A stretch of 64,000 nucleotides of DNA from Diadema antillarum (lineage: Eukaryota). The notes beneath the pieces are model-generated. The model saw only the letters and a program-made list of their open reading frames with translations. It was not told where the DNA came from and ran no database searches. The stretch is taken from contig NW_027271238.1 in NCBI RefSeq assembly GCF_040938485.1, forward strand, positions 1,426,001 to 1,490,000. The letters run 5' to 3'. Position numbers and translations under genes: made by a program. Below are positions 61,980 to 64,000 of this stretch, in pieces (position 1 is the first letter of the stretch; every line of letters starts with the position of its first letter).

Positions 61980-64000
61980 TGGGGGGGGGGGGGGGGGGCT
62001 TTATGCACTGCTAGCCACCTTGCACCTGCAACCAAATATCCCAGCTGTGGAGTCCTGTTTACATTATAACATTTTAATCAGCACTGGGGAGAAAGTGTGT
62101 TGCCATGGCAATAGCAAATTATAACCCTTTAAGTGCGGTAATGGACTAACAAATTAGACTTAATTTGCCATTTTTTTCAATTAGAAATTACCAGATATAT
62201 GGAACACATAAAAAAATTGATATTCAAAGTGCAAGATACATTTTTAAAGAGTAAAGTGTGGTGTCATGGTAACAGCACATTTCTGATGGCCTCAAAATGA
62301 GGAATGCCATGCAGGGTCATGAAATTCTTTTCCAATTTGTGCACATTCAATCTGTAGATATAGTAAGTGTTATGATATTTTTTTGAGGTCAAATAGGCAC
62401 CAGTACTTCAAGAGGGGGTATAAATCATTTTGACAATGACATTTCTGGTTTTCGTTTATACTCCTGTCTTTAAAGGGCTATTCAGCAAAATTTGAGGTTG
62501 TTCTATCTAGATACCAGATAAGTAGATTGATGAGCTCACATCAAACTGGGACATATAAAATAAGACAAGGTGGAATTTAAAATGCACCTTTGTTTATGCC
62601 CTGATAAATGAAATGTGATGAAAATTAGTCATGTCCAGACCCAAAATATGTTGTGAAGAAAGGTGTGACATTGTTTTCTGTGATGAAACTAAGGTTTAGA
62701 GAGATCTGGATGGTTTGATGGACTTTAACGTGGCCTTAGGAATTTAGGATAATGTTACACCGTAACCGATGTGTAGTGAACTGTCTGTAACGTCAAACAG
62801 TTTTCGCAGTTTATATCTTTGACAAAGACAGAATTTTAAGTACCGTACCATACAGAATTTTTTTTTATTATGACCATAATTCTATTTTAAGAAAAAAAAA
62901 GTACCTGTGAGTTTGACAGACAGAGACAATGTAACCTGTATCATGCATACGTAACAAAATCAAATTAAGATATACATTTCTGTTTTTCTGACACAACTCT
63001 GCCCAGGGCATTAGAATGATGTTCTATGCAGGCCTGGGATGCCCCCCCCCCCCCCCCCCCACCCATCCCCCTTTTTTTTTCTTAAAAAGGATTAGTTCAG
63101 ATCATATCATCAACTTCAGAAAAGTACTGTCCGAAATCACCGGTAAATATAAGTTACAAGTGTTCAAGTGTAAGTTACAAGAATTTTTTTTTTTCTTCAA
63201 AATAGTATCTTTGGCAAAGACCGAGAGAAGTGCGTAGAAGAAAAAAAAAATAGAGGATTACATATTTGAAGTTTTCAGACAAGCTAAGACAGCCAGTACC
63301 AGTACTTCATGTACTCCCTGTTCTTTTCTTTTTCTTTTCTTTTTTTTTAATGAATGCAAGACATGCAGGGCAATCCTTTTTTTTTTTTTTGGCAAAAACA
63401 GAAATAAACAAACCAACCACAAAAAAAAAGTAAAAGAAAAAGAGTGAGAAATCTTATTTCCTTTTTTGTCACTATCTTTTTCCCCCATTATTTGTTGACA
63501 GTACAGTAGTACAGTACTGGTCCCCACTGTATCAATACGGAGTCAGGTTCTCCATAGCTTGTGGGTAGTGGTGTGGTACGTAGTACAGAGAATTTGGGCT
63601 TGCAAGACAAAGACTGTAGCCTGGTCGTCATGTTGTTGATGGCTTACTTATGAATCAATACAGTGACGGTAAAATTTCAGACACTTTTCAAACCATTTAG
63701 TCAGTATAACATCGTTCAAAGTTAAGAGAAAGGTATGAAATAGTTTCATTGACTGGAATTTAGTCCAAATGTCGAAGAAAAGATCACGGTCGACTTCGTA
63801 GCTACGCAGCGACACAGCTCGCTCCACCCATCGAGCGAGCACCACGACTGCCAGCCCTACGGCCCTCGGGGCCCGCGGGCCGGTATCCCGTTCTGCTGGT
63901 ATCGGTAGTAGCGTGAGCCACTCTCAGCAGCGTGCCGCGGTGTGGACACCTATCGAACGAAGACGATTCGACATAGATATATTTGTTTCATTTTTCTTAC
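61980..64000 (-). repeat. Right arm of the large inverted duplication (continues past the window end)
   Basis: Reverse complement of 56720-57140 and 53693-55183. Confidence 0.88.

Noticed and set aside
53848-63845. Duplicated ORFs MVLARWVER... and MMFYAGLGCP...
   Set aside because: They lie within the inverted duplication, resemble no protein I recognise, and diverge at their C-termini.

Overview
Eukaryotic (metazoan) genomic DNA with three assembly gaps. The AT-rich, MITE-dense landscape suggests a marine invertebrate such as a sea urchin, but this is inference only. There are two convergent spliceosomal genes. (1) A PP1 catalytic subunit (alpha/gamma type) on the + strand, coding exons 2-7 at 17403-32533; its canonical 55-nt first coding exon was not found in the window. 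(2) PRKRIP1 on the - strand, coding exons 2-6 at 50085-43094; exon 1 was not found. The rest is intron or intergenic DNA packed with non-autonomous DNA transposons (Kolobok-type TTAA/AGG elements, piggyBac-type, Harbinger-type, Tc1/mariner-type, Sola1-type, hAT-type, MULE-type; often nested), CR1 and Penelope relics, and microsatellites. A multi-kb inverted duplication (about 53.7-57.1 kb vs 62.0-64.0 kb) runs off the window. No rRNA, bona fide tRNA or CRISPR was seen. Most ORFs in the supplied track are spurious. I cannot support a wholly new system. The best leads are the inverted-repeat (dsRNA-forming) MITE arrangements inside the PRKRIP1 transcript, the large inverted duplication where PRKRIP1 exon 1 should be, and a promoter-like CpG island inside PP1 intron 1.
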